A DNA stretch of 64,000 nt. Origin: Tetramitus jugosus. Its lineage: Eukaryota; Protista; Heterolobosea. Location of the stretch: assembly GCA_937625935.1 (NCBI GenBank), contig OW569375.1, forward strand, positions 310,001-374,000, given 5' to 3'. Of the stretch, positions 41,666-55,000 are shown piece by piece (positions within the stretch are counted from its first letter, which is position 1; each line of letters opens with the position of its first letter). Position numbers and translations under genes: made by a program. The notes beneath the pieces were generated by a model. It ran no database searches, was not told where the DNA came from, and saw nothing but the letters and a program-made list of their open reading frames with translations.

Positions 41666-41749
41666 AACATCCATTGTTCAATAAATTTGTGATATTCTTC
41701 AAAACAATTTACAAAAAATGTATTCCCGATCACGGTTGACTAATCTCTC

Positions 41750-44700
41750 TTAAACTTCAGTGTACCTGTAGGCGTTCGGCAGGGAGTATTGGTTTCCACC
41801 TGAGGTAACCACAACTGTGGCACGCAATCCCTTGACACTCGTGCTTGGAACTGTACATCTCACTTTCTTGTTCGATACAACAGACAAGTTGGAGCATGAT
41901 TTACCATCGATGGTCACTGTTGTGTCACCTGAGAAGCCATATCCTCGAACGCTGATCACATTTCCTCCAGCCATCAATCCTCGGAATGGGAAAACGGATA
42001 CAATGTACGGTAGACTCCAAGGAACAGGTTCTTGAGGTTTGAGGATATTCAACTTATTGGGACCATAGCCTGTGCTGATGATAGAGCCATCGAAGCCCAT
42101 CTCTGTGCTCAATCCTCCGTATGCAGAGTTCAACTCTGCCAAGAGGCTTGACTTAACGATGCTCTGTCCGTCACTGGATAAGGTGACATCGTACAATCCA
42201 CCTTGGTAGTGACCAATGATCAAATGCCCACGCATCTGACCTCCAAATGTATTGGCAGTGTACTCAAATAAACCATCGATACTTGATGTAAATCTTCCAA
42301 TTCCTTGGGTGTACTCTCCTGGAATGCTTGGAGTAGTCACACTTCTGAAAACACATTGTCTTGGATCGTTCATTGCTTTGGCTCTCGCTCTATTCGGATG
42401 ACCATAATATGATCCTTGAGTGACAATCATGAGTTCATCCACAGTTGTTTCTCCATCCTTTTCTGTTGTACAGCTCGTAGACATCTTTCCATAGATTCCT
42501 GTTGGACCATTGTCAGTTGCATAAACAAGACCATTTGAATGAAGAACGAGACCATACGAATTCTTGATTCCAGAAGCATAGACAGATACATCCAATCCAT
42601 CATTCTGAACCCCATTCTCACTGTCGTTGTTGGTGTATCTGACATTTCCCCTGAAACTGGATCCCTTACTGATTTTAGCGATAATGATCGATGCAGACAA
42701 CTGTTTTTCAGTTTGAGTTCCAGAAGGTGTGAGCGGTCCAGGTAGACCACCATTCGTGTTACTACCAATACACACTAACAAATCCAGGTTTTGATTGAAT
42801 TCAAGACCGTTTATGCCATGATCTCTCTCACTCACCGGGAGTCCAGTAATGAGATCCTGGACAACATTCATTCTTGAACCAGACACAATTGATACTCCTC
42901 CCACTGCATCAGTTGTCGTATCATGATACAGGATCGAATGTGTGACATAAATGTATACATTACCAGTGTTCGCAAAGTCTTTGGGATTAAAGTTAATTCC
43001 CAGAATGGATTTTCCATCAAATACATCGCTTGTCACAGTATCAGTGACCGCCATTGATTCATCGAGTGTAAATCTCGTCAGAAGTCCTTCGACAGATCCA
43101 ACATACAACTTCTCATCGGGACCAAATTTGACAACAGTCGGACTTGTAACAGAAACCAGTCCACTGTACTGGAACGAAACTACTGAAGAGGTATCTGAAT
43201 AGAGGAATTGCATGGCATTACTGGTAGTTGCGGGAGTGATGACAACAACTGAAGCTGAAATGGCAGAGGAAGCAGGAACAACACATCCAATTGTTGAAGA
43301 ATCCTTCACTTGGACGTCTGTACATGCTTTTCCTCCAATTGTAACAGTTGTTCTCGAACTGGAGTAGAAGAACCCAAAACCAGTGATCGTTATTCTGTAA
43401 CCACCAGCCAACCCACCAGAAGGTGGATAGATGCTGTGGATAACCGGCTTCACGAATTGCTGATCGAAAGAGAGTGCTGATGCAGGAATTATCTCGTTAG
43501 AAGATCCAGGTGGTTTCCAGTACAACTTGACACCCTTTCCTCCAGCAGCTTGGAAGTAGATGACTCTGAAAGATTGCTTTCCCTCTGACAAACTCGTGGT
43601 TCCACTTAAAGTTTTCATTGAGTGAGTTCCATCGTGGTTAATGACTGTCACTCCATTGATAACTAATTTGGATCCATCATCACTCTCCAAACTAAAACTA
43701 TAAGTTCCTGATGTTGGAGTTGTGATAAAGCCCTTGAACTCCAAAGCAAAATTGGAAGTGTAAGCAGTTGCAGGGAAGTTTGTTTGATAATTAATTCCAT
43801 TTGATTCGATAAGTCCATAATCAGGTTTCGTGCTATCGATATCAGGAATCTTGGTCAATGATGAGGAATATTGATAATAGTAAGTTTCAACTCCATTGAC
43901 AACAGGAGGCAACACAGTGATCGTAATGGTTGCAGTATCTGCATTACTACCCGAGTCAACAACCTTGAGTCGAATAGGATTGACACCCACAGGAATTCTA
44001 GCTGAAATAACTACACTCGTGCCCAATATTGTATCTCCTAACTTCCACTCATAACTCACAAGAGTTGCTGGTGGCAATAAGTGAGTGTGAGAACCTTGTC
44101 CATCCAGCGTGACTGTAACATACCCTTGGCCTTCAGCATCGGTGATTGAGTAATCAGTTCCGGGTACAGAATGAGCAGTATGATCAGCTGGTGGCGGAGA
44201 AGGAGGAGGCGTTGACGGAGGTGGTGGAGATGGATTGCTTCCTACGGGACACAATACACCGTTACAACAATCATACTGTGATGTTTTGTAGCAAGCTTGA
44301 CCACAACTCAGATAACCTGTAGGACAGAGGACTCCATTCGAACAAGAATATGCGTTTACATCATAGCAAGCGCTACCACAGCAACCTAATGGAGTTGGGC
44401 AACCACAACTTGAAGGTGGTGGAGGTGGAGGAGGTGGAGGAGTAGATGGAGGAGTTGCGGTTGATTTGAGAACAACATGAATTGCAGTAATCTTTGGATT
44501 TCTTGCAATTCTCTCCAATCCAATCTTGAGAGTGCCTGATGACGTTACTGTTGCCTCAAATGTCTTGACCGATGCAGCATAAGCTCCCACTTCCTTGTAA
44601 ATATCAAAACCGCTCAATACCAACTTGTCTTGGAGGTAAATGTCAGTGACACGAACTCCAACTTTGAATGCTGTTTCGAAAAACTCTGAAAAGTGAAGGT

Positions 44701-45022
44701 TGACAGTGTACACTCCTGTGTCTAAACCAGGAATTGTATAGGCAAGTTGTGTACTCACATCATTCCATCTTTCAAACCTGTACAGATCTTGTTCCTGAGT
44801 ATTGGCGAATGTAACTCCTGATGTCTTGTCCATGGTACCGACATTGAAATATCTGTCACCCAACCATAAATTACCACTCTTGTCAGTGTAAGAGTCAAGG
44901 CTGCCTGCTCTGATACGTATTTCTGATAATGTCAGAACACAATCCAACAGAAGGAGCATCATTGCGAGAGCCACAATCTGTTTCTTGAGTATTGACAGTG
45001 TGCAACCGTCATTCAACAACAT
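41750..45022 (-). CDS. Secreted malectin + CBM52-like + Ig/PKD + PA14 + IPT + glucose/sorbosone dehydrogenase-like propeller + IPT protein (copy A)
   Basis: Malectin LYRFERW...VNLHFSE; PA14 LESDDGSKL; propeller ITGLPVSERDHGING, YASGIKNSYGL, TDNGP, YYGHPN. Confidence 0.88.
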   Translation of the reverse strand: MLLNDGCTLSILKKQIVALAMMLLLLDCVLTLSEIRIRAGSLDSYTDKSGNLWLGDRYFNVGTMDKTSGVTFANTQEQDLYRFERWNDVSTQLAYTIPGLDTGVYTVNLHFSEFFETAFKVGVRVTDIYLQDKLVLSGFDIYKEVGAYAASVKTFEATVTSSGTLKIGLERIARNPKITAIHVVLKSTATPPSTPPPPPPPPPSSCGCPTPLGCCGSACYDVNAYSCSNGVLCPTGYLSCGQACYKTSQYDCCNGVLCPVGSNPSPPPPSTPPPSPPPADHTAHSVPGTDYSITDAEGQGYVTVTLDGQGSHTHLLPPATLVSYEWKLGDTILGTSVVISARIPVGVNPIRLKVVDSGSNADTATITITVLPPVVNGVETYYYQYSSSLTKIPDIDSTKPDYGLIESNGINYQTNFPATAYTSNFALEFKGFITTPTSGTYSFSLESDDGSKLVINGVTVINHDGTHSMKTLSGTTSLSEGKQSFRVIYFQAAGGKGVKLYWKPPGSSNEIIPASALSFDQQFVKPVIHSIYPPSGGLAGGYRITITGFGFFYSSSRTTVTIGGKACTDVQVKDSSTIGCVVPASSAISASVVVITPATTSNAMQFLYSDTSSVVSFQYSGLVSVTSPTVVKFGPDEKLYVGSVEGLLTRFTLDESMAVTDTVTSDVFDGKSILGINFNPKDFANTGNVYIYVTHSILYHDTTTDAVGGVSIVSGSRMNVVQDLITGLPVSERDHGINGLEFNQNLDLLVCIGSNTNGGLPGPLTPSGTQTEKQLSASIIIAKISKGSSFRGNVRYTNNDSENGVQNDGLDVSVYASGIKNSYGLVLHSNGLVYATDNGPTGIYGKMSTSCTTEKDGETTVDELMIVTQGSYYGHPNRARAKAMNDPRQCVFRSVTTPSIPGEYTQGIGRFTSSIDGLFEYTANTFGGQMRGHLIIGHYQGGLYDVTLSSDGQSIVKSSLLAELNSAYGGLSTEMGFDGSIISTGYGPNKLNILKPQEPVPWSLPYIVSVFPFRGLMAGGNVISVRGYGFSGDTTVTIDGKSCSNLSVVSNKKVRCTVPSTSVKGLRATVVVTSGGNQYSLPNAYRYTEV

Positions 45023-45849
45023 ATCTAATTGATTGTCTGTAATCTGATTGTATTTGTTTGGTAGTGTTTGGAATCGAGTTTGCTATCTCTCTCTTCTCAA
45101 TTAACAATGCCCTTCGTCACCAAAAAAGAACCTCACAAAACAAAAGATAACTTGCCCTCAAAAGCCCTCGAAAAGTTCCTGTGCATGCTTGGGTATAAGA
45201 CGACTTTGTTTTTTTTGTCGCACCAAGAAGGAGAATACTCATTCACAAATCGATGCATGCAACCTAAACCAACTCTGAATACACCATTTGGATCTTAGCC
45301 ATTCAATCTTAGCCATACATCCATTCATTCCTGGACGGAGCTGGAGACATTCTATCCGACCTTCCCGCTCACGCCAAAATTTTCCATACCTATCCAGGAG
45401 TGTCCAAGAATTACATCTAGACAAACTAAGACATCTATTCCCTTCAGTAGGAAGAATAGTATTGAATAGATTTTTTTATTTGCGTTCTGTGATGTTTATC
45501 GAACTCCCTTATATGGCTCAACACATAGAGTATAATGATAAAGAATCGTTGATCCGAATGAACAGAAAGTGAAACAGTGAAACTCAGAGAAGTCAGATTA
45601 CAAGTCAAGCGTTTGAATATCGGACACCTGATAGAAATATGAACGCACTATTGTAAACATAGCAAAAGTCATTACAACAATTGTACTCACTCCAATAGAT
45701 ATCATGTACGTCGTAGAACATTGGACTTTTTTACCAGGAGATGAATTGTCCGAAGTCAATGGATGAAAATATCCAGAGAAACTCTGTTGATACACAATAT
45801 CTCATTACCCCAAATTCAACAAACAGAAAGTTTGGTAGAATTTCAGACG

Positions 45850-46600
45850 CTGGTGGAAATTGTAGAAGATGAGGACCTCCCTAGTACCATTAATAAGAAC
45901 ATATATCTCAAAATGAGCCCTTGAATCACGATGATGTCCATAATTTTGTTTCAAGATTAACCAATCGGTTCAACAACTTCATCAAGTTGCTCAAGAGGTT
46001 CAGGACAGATCGAGATTGTCAGTACGAACTTCATCGATTGAAGCAAGGTTTGGCGACTCCTTGATTAGGTCATCACAAACTCATGTTCATAGGGACGAAC
46101 TACCCGATATAAATGAGGATGATAGTCAATTGCAGCCATATCAATCTGTGATATCATAAGATAGGACGAACACTCGCGCCTACCATGTGGACACTTGTTC
46201 CATTCCACAACATCCATCACTGGTTCGATTCCCACAGTTGAGATTGATGACTTGGGAATCCAATTGTCCAATATGTAGGAACCCGGTCATTGAAGTTCAA
46301 TCATCATATTGATGATTCTCCGCTCAAAGTAACAACGCAAATCATCCATGTCAACAAGAGGACAACGACTATCACCACAATTACAACTAAAAATCGTTGA
46401 GAGGTACGATGTCGTCAGAGATACAACCCCTGTAGTCTTGCGACTGTCTCTGGATATCCGAACAGCTCGAAAATATCTCAAGCTTTCACCGTTACGTCCA
46501 TTAGGAACGCTGATATCTAATCAACTGCACAAGCAGTATCTTGTTCGATTAGTAGAACTATCGGTGCTCCTAGACCCAATCCTCTCTGGAAGTTGAAAGT
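45850..46600 (-). pseudogene. Decayed single-frame ORF of unknown family
   Basis: ORFs 46287-46481 and 46065-46271 are in the same frame, separated by one stop, and the frame continues on both sides with sparse stops. Confidence 0.4.
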
Positions 46601-46902
46601 GTTCTAGTCTACAACATCAGGAGACACAAGATTTTCTCGCGTTTTTCGAGCAGTTGAGGCCTTATCTTCAACACTACCATCGTTGTTTTTTTCTTCTCTT
46701 TGTTCCTTTTATTGATGCCATGACCAGATTCCAAGACAAAACAGTGTCCAAAACACCCTCGGTTGTCGAGAAGGCAGAAACTGAGCCTACAACGTCCATT
46801 ACAACAGGGCGGAGAATATTTTCGAAAGTTCCAGTTCTTCAAAGTTCCAGCAACTAGAAGAATATTGAACCAAAACGAAGCAGAAAACTACTGGGCACAA
46901 CT

Positions 46903-47727
46903 ATGAGCATCAAAGGCCCTCCAGAGGAGACAATGACCTCTCAACAGCTAGATATACAGTTCACAACAACAATAAATGAGCTAGCTCCGGGTTTAATTCA
47001 CAAGGACAACAGATATCTGTTACATATCAGTCGTGATTTCGTAAAGTCACATGCAACCACGAATAATGCATCTATGCCAAAAGTAAAACCAGGATATATG
47101 ACAGAGAATGAAGTGTTCACATGTCAGTTTGGTAGAAAGCAGAGATATTCTATTCCATGGGTTGTTGGTTATCTCCTGAGTAACTATTCAAATCTGAGGA
47201 ATTCCTTTCTTCATTGGATCTGTGACAAACTTGTCGTTGATCTCACTGCAACAACCAGTTATCTCGATACCACTGGGGTAAACTACTTCGCAACATATTC
47301 TCAGACACGCAATTCATACTCTTACAGTACGGATGATTTTCAATCACAAGACCACAGCCAGTTTTCTCATCCTTCTATGACACAGTATTGGACACCAACA
47401 TACCCCAATACACTACCTAACCAATTAACACATTCACAGTCTTGTATTTTGCAAAGAGATTCTGAAACACACACACGACAACCACAACAACCCCAAAGTA
47501 ACACCCCCTCATCAACATGTACATCGTCCAACACTAAAACGAAAATTGCAATTGATCAAGAGGTAATTGCAGCCAAAACTAATCCATTGTCAATCGATCT
47601 CTCTGGTAAAGATTCTGTGAGATATGAATGTACCAACTCCCGTCAAAGAATAACAGACCAGGCGATGATGCAAGAAAGAAGCATAAAGAATTCGATGACC
47701 TTGTTTCGGCAACGAAGGCTACTTTGA
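46903..47727 (+). CDS. Hypothetical ORF within transposon-debris region
   Basis: 274-aa ORF from ATG; may be TE cargo or a pseudogene. Confidence 0.45.
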   Translation: MSIKGPPEETMTSQQLDIQFTTTINELAPGLIHKDNRYLLHISRDFVKSHATTNNASMPKVKPGYMTENEVFTCQFGRKQRYSIPWVVGYLLSNYSNLRNSFLHWICDKLVVDLTATTSYLDTTGVNYFATYSQTRNSYSYSTDDFQSQDHSQFSHPSMTQYWTPTYPNTLPNQLTHSQSCILQRDSETHTRQPQQPQSNTPSSTCTSSNTKTKIAIDQEVIAAKTNPLSIDLSGKDSVRYECTNSRQRITDQAMMQERSIKNSMTLFRQRRLL

Positions 47728-48289
47728 CCATCAAAATTATGACTATCATGACCATCTTAATAACTTCTGTCGTGTTTGAACCTCTAAATGCTCCAGTTCC
47801 TGGGAAAATTCAACTACTGGCATACTACTTCAGGAACAACATGAATGAACTTAAATCTATCATTGTGCACATTATGAATCAATGCAAAACCAAAGCAATT
47901 GAGCTAAGGAAGATAACACAGATGCAAGCACTCTATACTTTCTTGACTGGCATCTCATTAGTTTGGGGAAGTTTGAAGCCCTTCGAAAATTCTTCAACTT
48001 CTCTGCTGTATTGAAGCATAGCAATACCATTAATAATATGAGACAATCTATTAATACAAAAGTCAAATCTCATTTCCAGTACTTGCCAACTGGTACACAA
48101 TCAAACGAGTCAGCCGAGAACATACCTACTTCTGCAAGACAATCCAAAAAGAAGTCCAAAAAGAACAAGAAATCATCTGTGAGTAGTGCTGGTATGGGAC
48201 ATTGTGTGGATCCAGTGAAAATCGTTTTGGAATTATTGGAGATTGAAGAAAATGAATCCGGTGACTTGGATCATTTGAAGCAGAAACCA

Positions 48290-48600
48290 TTAACGAAAAT
48301 CAGTGTTGATGGCTCAAAAGGGGTTGTGGTGATGACATTGACTCTTTTGAACAGTATTTTTTGCCGTTCAGTCCCGCGACTCATGTAGTCTGATGGAGAT
48401 GAAGGTGAAGAGGAATTCCGTACTCATTTCAAACATGTAATACCTTCACTTTCACATCTCTCCACACATGGTCTGAGATACAAAGATCAGGAATTTTAGT
48501 GCGAATTATTTGTTGTGAATGACTGGAAGGCCTTCCAGCACTTCACCAATATGTTCGAAGATGGCATGTTCTGTGGTCACTGTCAACTTTCGGCCGAGAG
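48290..48600 (+). pseudogene. Possible Transib/RAG1-like transposase core remnant
   Basis: Single frame with 2 stops: KISVDG...DGDE..EE...ELFVVNDWKAF...FCGHC. Confidence 0.4.
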
Positions 48601-48999
48601 ACATGAGTCTTACACCCCAGACCCGGTGACCCAGTTATAACCAAAGGATTATAGTATTCCACAATGGACTTGTCGGTGCTAAAATACGATACTGTATGTT
48701 GCATTGCAAATGCAGATCCCATGAAAACTTGATGACCAATACTCTCTTCAGCAGAAATGATTCAAAGTTGTATGATTTAGTTGCAGATAGGTACACAATG
48801 AACGCACTGAATAATAAAACACACAACAAATAATTACATTGATATTTTTTTTCGCACCAACTAAGGATTCGCGCACAAGAAGATGAAAGATTAATATTTG
48901 AATTGGGGATCACAATTTTAATACTATATTGCCAAAACCTTTGCAAGATTGGAAATTTTCTCTATTTTTAAACGAGAAATTCCGGATCCCAATTTGCTG

Positions 49000-49779
49000 A
49001 ATTGAGTTATATGGCACACGTCCTTAACTTAGTAGTTCAAGAATTTTTGAGCGACTTGAAGTCAGGCACCGGTTCATGAACCTCAAGAAATGTGTAATAC
49101 AAACACAATTCCACCTGTAAATATCACACCTGTCCAGAACTTTCCTTACTGTTTATATCACTAGGTAGCCACAGAGAGTAAAAGATTGGGCTTCTTTACA
49201 TCATTTGGAAGGACTGGTATCGAAAAGAATTCAGTATGACGTAGCTACTCGGTGTTCTTCCACATTTCGAATGGTTGATACGGCCTTGGAAATGAGAAAG
49301 GCTTATAACCGGTTTGTGGTGACCAATTATGATACAAAGGTGCAAGACTTGAAAAAGAATGGGAGTATCTCAAGCAGCTTCATCAAATTCTTAAAATATT
49401 CAATGATTACACCCTGAAGGTTTCATAGAGTGCACCACAGATCTATACTAGTTTGTATGATTATATGGAACTCGATGACATCATTCGAGATTTATGTGAA
49501 CAGAAGAATTTGCCAATATTGACGATGTCTTCGTGTCTGCAGCAAATTCAGCACTTAAAAAATTCTGCAAGTAAAACGATATTATGGATAACAATGATAG
49601 ATAGGGTTGATCTTTTGCATGAGCAATATAGAGTAGTCAAAATGGCTTTCAACATTGTACCACAAATCAAACAGAACATAGTGAGAGTGAAACAACAACA
49701 ACAGAGTGGAATCATGATACCAGTAAAAGACCTTCTCATAAATGACTATGATACAAGTGGTCAAACCCTAGAATTCTGA
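49000..49779 (+). mobile_element. hAT transposase remnant, C-terminal part
   Basis: SYMAHVLNLVVQEFL (CxxH block) and YDVATRCSSTFRMVDTAL (DVxTRWNST block); frameshifted. Confidence 0.75.
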
Positions 49780-49849
49780 TGCTCCATGCAATACATCATC
49801 ATCACCACCATCATCATCGACTACAACAACACGACCACCAACAACCCCT

Positions 49850-50300
49850 TCAAAACCAATAACATGTGGCAATTTCGTCCCTAAGTTGTAAGTCAGATAT
49901 CATTGCACGATTATTGGATGTATTGTCACTTTCTTCACTATACCATACTCTTTCAAACAATTCAAGACCTCGAGCATATGCCATATTCTCACCAGTATGT
50001 TCTCCCTGTAATTCCGAGAAGTCCAAAATCATTTCCCTCTTTTCCAATCCAATGTCCCATGATGAATTTAAACGCCATTTTGTTAACACTAGTCCACACA
50101 TCCAGTGATAATGCAATTGTGGTTATATAAGCAGTTCATTCTTCAACTTGATGTTGAGCTCTCTATACTGACGGAATACTTCATAAAACCATTGGAACCA
50201 TTTGCTTTTGACAATGGTAAATGGTAGATCCTCATGAACTATCAGATTTGATAGTGTATGTATTGTATTCAGCTTGATTGTTTCTTTTTCTTGAAGAAAT
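49850..50300 (-). mobile_element. hAT transposase remnant, N-terminal catalytic part
   Basis: LIVHEDLPFTIVKSKWF, IALSLDVWTS...GHWI, ILDFSELQGEHTGENMA, SDNTSNN; frameshifted. Confidence 0.8.
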
Positions 50301-52027
50301 GTAATATTCTTTGGTTTTGTAATGTTATGGTGTGGACAACCCTTTTCCCATTTTCTGCTGCCTGCATCGATGCACATTCCAGTTATGGTGATCCAAGAAT
50401 AAAAATACAATTTTGCCTAGGACCAAGTGGAGGATGATGAATCATTTGAAGAAATGGATGAAGGAGAAACAGATGATGAGACGTTAGATGGTGCCATTCG
50501 ATGAAGATCCGATGTTGGAGGAAAAGATCAGAGACTATCGAGTAAACCATAAGGGTGACATACTACTTTTTAACAGTTATTGTTGTTCCGACTAAATGCA
50601 TTGTCGATTCAAACGACGATAGAGCTCTTCGGACTTTACAAGAATTGAAGGTATGCACACTTCATTCTAATGTACTGTTATTGTATTTCGCTTATCCGAA
50701 CAAGTGTAAAGTGCTTCATGAAGTCAGTCTTTTCGTGGAAAGTAGAAGATGGAACTCAGTTGTTGTATATGGTTTATCCAGAAGCACTTATAGAGTTTCA
50801 TTTTTTAACTATGCGATTGAATGGTTTTCTATGAAGCACCATCACGATTACATAACAATAGTTGTGTTAAATTCATTGATGGAAGGTAATCTCGTTTAAT
50901 TGTAATCGATAAATAATTGGAGTATTGTACTTCAGGTTATTTCGAGAGAGTCATTTGATATCATTTGAAGATGTTAGAAATCCTGTCCTTGTCTGGATGA
51001 AGGAGGAAACGGTGCTGGAATGGCTTCTTTTGGTTGAAACTTGGCACAATATTTTTTTACCCGATCCCTTCTTCTTTCTTCATTAGCCGTTTGAGTGCCC
51101 TTTACGGCCAAAAATACCCTGTTTTTTACTAATTTCGAAATGGATTAAACTATAGATGTCAAACTATGTTACTTATGTTTGCATCGTTCATGGTTGCCAC
51201 CAGAAATGACTTTAAGTTTTAGGTGAATTTCACATGTCGCACTGCTAACCTTCTCATTTCTGTGATAGTCCTGATACTGTCTAAGCAATCAAGTGTGCTG
51301 TTGTCTTAACTTTGCTCCTAGAAAAAACTCGGTCAGTTTATGTCTTATAGTTGAATCGCTTGTGCTGCTGTTTAATTAACAAGTTGTGTTCCATGCGTCA
51401 TATTAGATTGGAGCAATCACGCCTTCGGCTTACACTTGACCTCGACCTCGACTTGGTCTCAGAGGAAAAATGACCCCCTAGAGACTAACCGTGTGCGCTT
51501 CTTGTTTATTCAATAGTGTTGTATGTTTCTGGTTTAATTGGATTGGCCAAATGATGACCTTCAGGCCGCACTTGAGACATCTTTCCAAACTACTATTCTT
51601 GTAGAATGCTCTAATTAATTGGTGCATTAAAGAAGTTTCATGTAGTTGTGACCAAAGTCGGTAAAGAGTTTTGGTCCTTCTGTTGGAGATTTCGGAAGTT
51701 TCCAGATATCCAATGCTGGTCAACCCTCTAAAATGTGCTCAAAGGGGAGATATCTTGTATGCAGAGCTTCCACACAAGTTCTGTTCGAATTCTTTACTCA
51801 ACTCTCCACTCTTTGACGATGAGGGTCAGATCTTCTTGGTAAATCAGCTGGATCTGATTCTTTGGGACTCAAACACAGAACAAAACGAGTCCTTCGACTC
51901 GCCATCCACTGTCTGTTCTAGACCTTGGGAGATGTGAATTACCTGTGTTACATATGAAGCGACCGCCCCAATTCAACGTAGAAGTGACTGAATTCAATTT
52001 TATTCCAAGGGCATGTAATTTGGCCTC

Positions 52028-55000
52028 TTAAACTTCAGTGTACCAATAGGCCTTTGGCAGAGTGTATTGTTTTCCACCTGAGGTAACAACAACTGTGGCA
52101 CGCAATCCCTTGACACTCGTGCTTGGAACTGTACACCTCACTTTCTTGTTCGATACAACAGACAGGTTGGAGCATGATTTACCATCGATGGTCACTGTTG
52201 TGTCACCTGAGAAGCCATATCCTCGAACGCTGATCACATTTCCTCCAGCCATCAATCCTCGGAAAGGGAAAACGGATACAATGTACGGTAGATTCCAAGG
52301 AACAGGTTCTTGAGGTTTGAGGATATTCAACATATTTGGACCATAGTTTGTGCTGATGATAGAGCCATCGAAGCCCATCTCTGTGCTCAATCCTCCATAT
52401 GCAGAGTTCAACTCTGCCAAGAGGCTTGACTTTACGATACTCTGTCCGTCACTGGATAAGGTGACATCGTACAATCCACCTTGGTAGTGACCAATGATCA
52501 AATGCCCACGCATCTGACCTCCAAATGTATTGGCAGTGTACTCAAATAAACCATCGATACTTGATGTAAATCTTCCAATTCCTTGGGTGTACTCTCCTGG
52601 AATGCTTGGAGTAGTCACACTTCTGAAAACACATTGTCTTGGATCGTTCATTGCTTTGGCTCTCGCTCTATTCGGATGACCATAATATGATCCTTGAGTG
52701 ACAATCATGAGTTCATCCACAGTTGTTTCTCCATCCTTTTCTGTTGTACAGCTCGTAGACATCTTTCCATAGATTCCTGTTGGACCATTGTCAGTTGCAT
52801 AAAGGAGACCATTGGAATGAAGAACGAGATCATATGAATTCTTGATTCCAGAAGCATAGACAGATACATCCAATCCATCATTCTGAACCCCATTCTCACT
52901 GTCGTTGTTGGTGTATCTGACATTTCCCCTGAAACTGGATCCCTTACTGATTTTAGCGATAATGATCGATGCAGACAACTGTTTTTCAGTTTGAGTCTCA
53001 GATGGTGTAAGCGGTCCAGGTAGACCACCATTCGTGTTACTGCCGATACACACTAACAAATCCAGGTTTTGATTGAATTCAAGACCGTTTATGCCATGAT
53101 CTCTCTCACTCACCGGGAGTCCAGTAATGAGATCCTGGACAACATTCATTCTTGAACCAGACACAATTGATACTCCTCCCACTGCATCAGTTGTCGTATC
53201 ATGATACAGGATCGAATGTGTGACATAAATGTATACATTACCAGTGTTCGCAAAGTCTTTGGGATTAAAGTTAATTCCCAGAATGGATTTTCCATCAAAT
53301 ACATCGCTTGTCACAGTATCAGTGACCGCCATTGATTCATCGAGTGTAAATCTCGTCAAAAGTCCTTCGACAGATCCAACATACAACTTCTCATCAGGAC
53401 CAAATTTGACAACAGTCGGACTTGTAACAGAAACCAGTCCACTGTACTGGAACGAAACTACTGAAGAGGTATCTGAATAGAGGAATTGCATGACATTACT
53501 GGTAGTTGCGGGAGTGGTGACAACCACTGAAGCTGAAATGGCAGAGGAAGCAGGAACAACACATCCAATTGTCGATGAATCCTTCACTTGGACGTCTGTA
53601 CATGCTTTTCCTCCAATTGTAACAGTTGTTCTCGAACTGGAGTAGAAGAACCCAAAACCAGTGATCGTTATTCTGTAACCACCAGCCAACCCACCAGAAG
53701 GTGGATAGATGCTGTGGATAACCGGTTTCACGAATTGCTGATCAAAAGAGAGTGCGGATGCAGGAATTATCTCATTGGAAGATCCAGGTGGTTTCCAGTA
53801 CAACTTGACACCCTTTCCTCCAGCAGCTTGGAAGTAGATGACTCTGAAAGATTGCTTTCCCTTTGACAAACTCGTGGTTCCACTTAAAGTTTTCATTGAG
53901 TGAGTTCCATCGTGGTTAATGACTGTCACTCCATTGATAACTAATTTGGATCCGTCATCACTCTCCAAACTAAAACTATAAGTTCCTGATGTTGGAGTTG
54001 TGATAAAGCCCTTGAATTCCAAAGCAAAATTGGAAGTGTAAGCAGTTGCAGGGAAGTTTGTTTGATAATTAATTCCATTTGATTCGATAAGTCCATAATC
54101 AGGTTTCGTGCTATCGATATCAGGAATCTTGGTCAATGATGAGGAATATTGATAATAGTAAGTTTCAACTCCATTGACAACAGGAGGCAACACAGTGATC
54201 GTAATGATTGCAATATCCGCATTACCAGCAGAGTCAACAACCTTGAGTCGAATAGGATTGACACCCACAGGGATTCTAGCTGAAATAACTACACCCGTGC
54301 CCAATACTGCATCTCCTAACTTCCACTCATAACTCACGAGAGTTGCTGGTGGCAATAAGTGAGTGTGAGAACCTTGTCCGTTCAGTGTGACTGTAACATA
54401 TCCAAGATCTTCAGCATCGGTGATTGAATAGTCTTCTCCAGGCACAGAATGAGCAGTATGATCAGAGGGTCGAGTAATCGTAAAATCAACACCATTACTT
54501 GTTGTAGAGCCCTTTTTAACAGTGACGCTCGTCAAACCAGTGTACCCAGCAGGTACGACTGCTTGAATAGATGTCGAACTCTGAACAGTTGTTTGTACTG
54601 CCGCGATAGTACCAAAATAGGCTATACAACCACTTGCAAAGTTACGACCAGTAATTTGAACAGACTCTAATGGGAGAGAAGAAACTGGATTAATGGAATT
54701 AATAGCGAGACTACCTGGAAGTGAACAAGGGCAAATTGAGGGTGGAGGATATGCAGTCGATTTGAGAACAACATGAATTGCAGTAATCTTTGGATTTCTT
54801 GCAATTCTCTCCAATCCAATCTTGAGAGTGCCTGATGACGTTACTGTTGCCTCAAATGTCTTGACCGATGCAGCATAAGCTCCCACTTCCTTGTAAATAT
54901 CAAAACCGCTCAATACCAACTTGTCTTGGAGGTAAATGTCAGTGACACGAACTCCAACTTTGAATGCTGTTTCGAAAAACTCTGAAAAGTGAAGGTTGAC

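Noticed and set aside
42427-42768. Overlapping ORF conserved in both duplicated genes
   Set aside because: Conservation is explained by the near-identity of the host genes
45380-45430. LDVILGHSWI on the minus strand, resembling a retropepsin C-terminal motif
   Set aside because: No upstream D(S/T)G, RT or LTR found; too short to support a call
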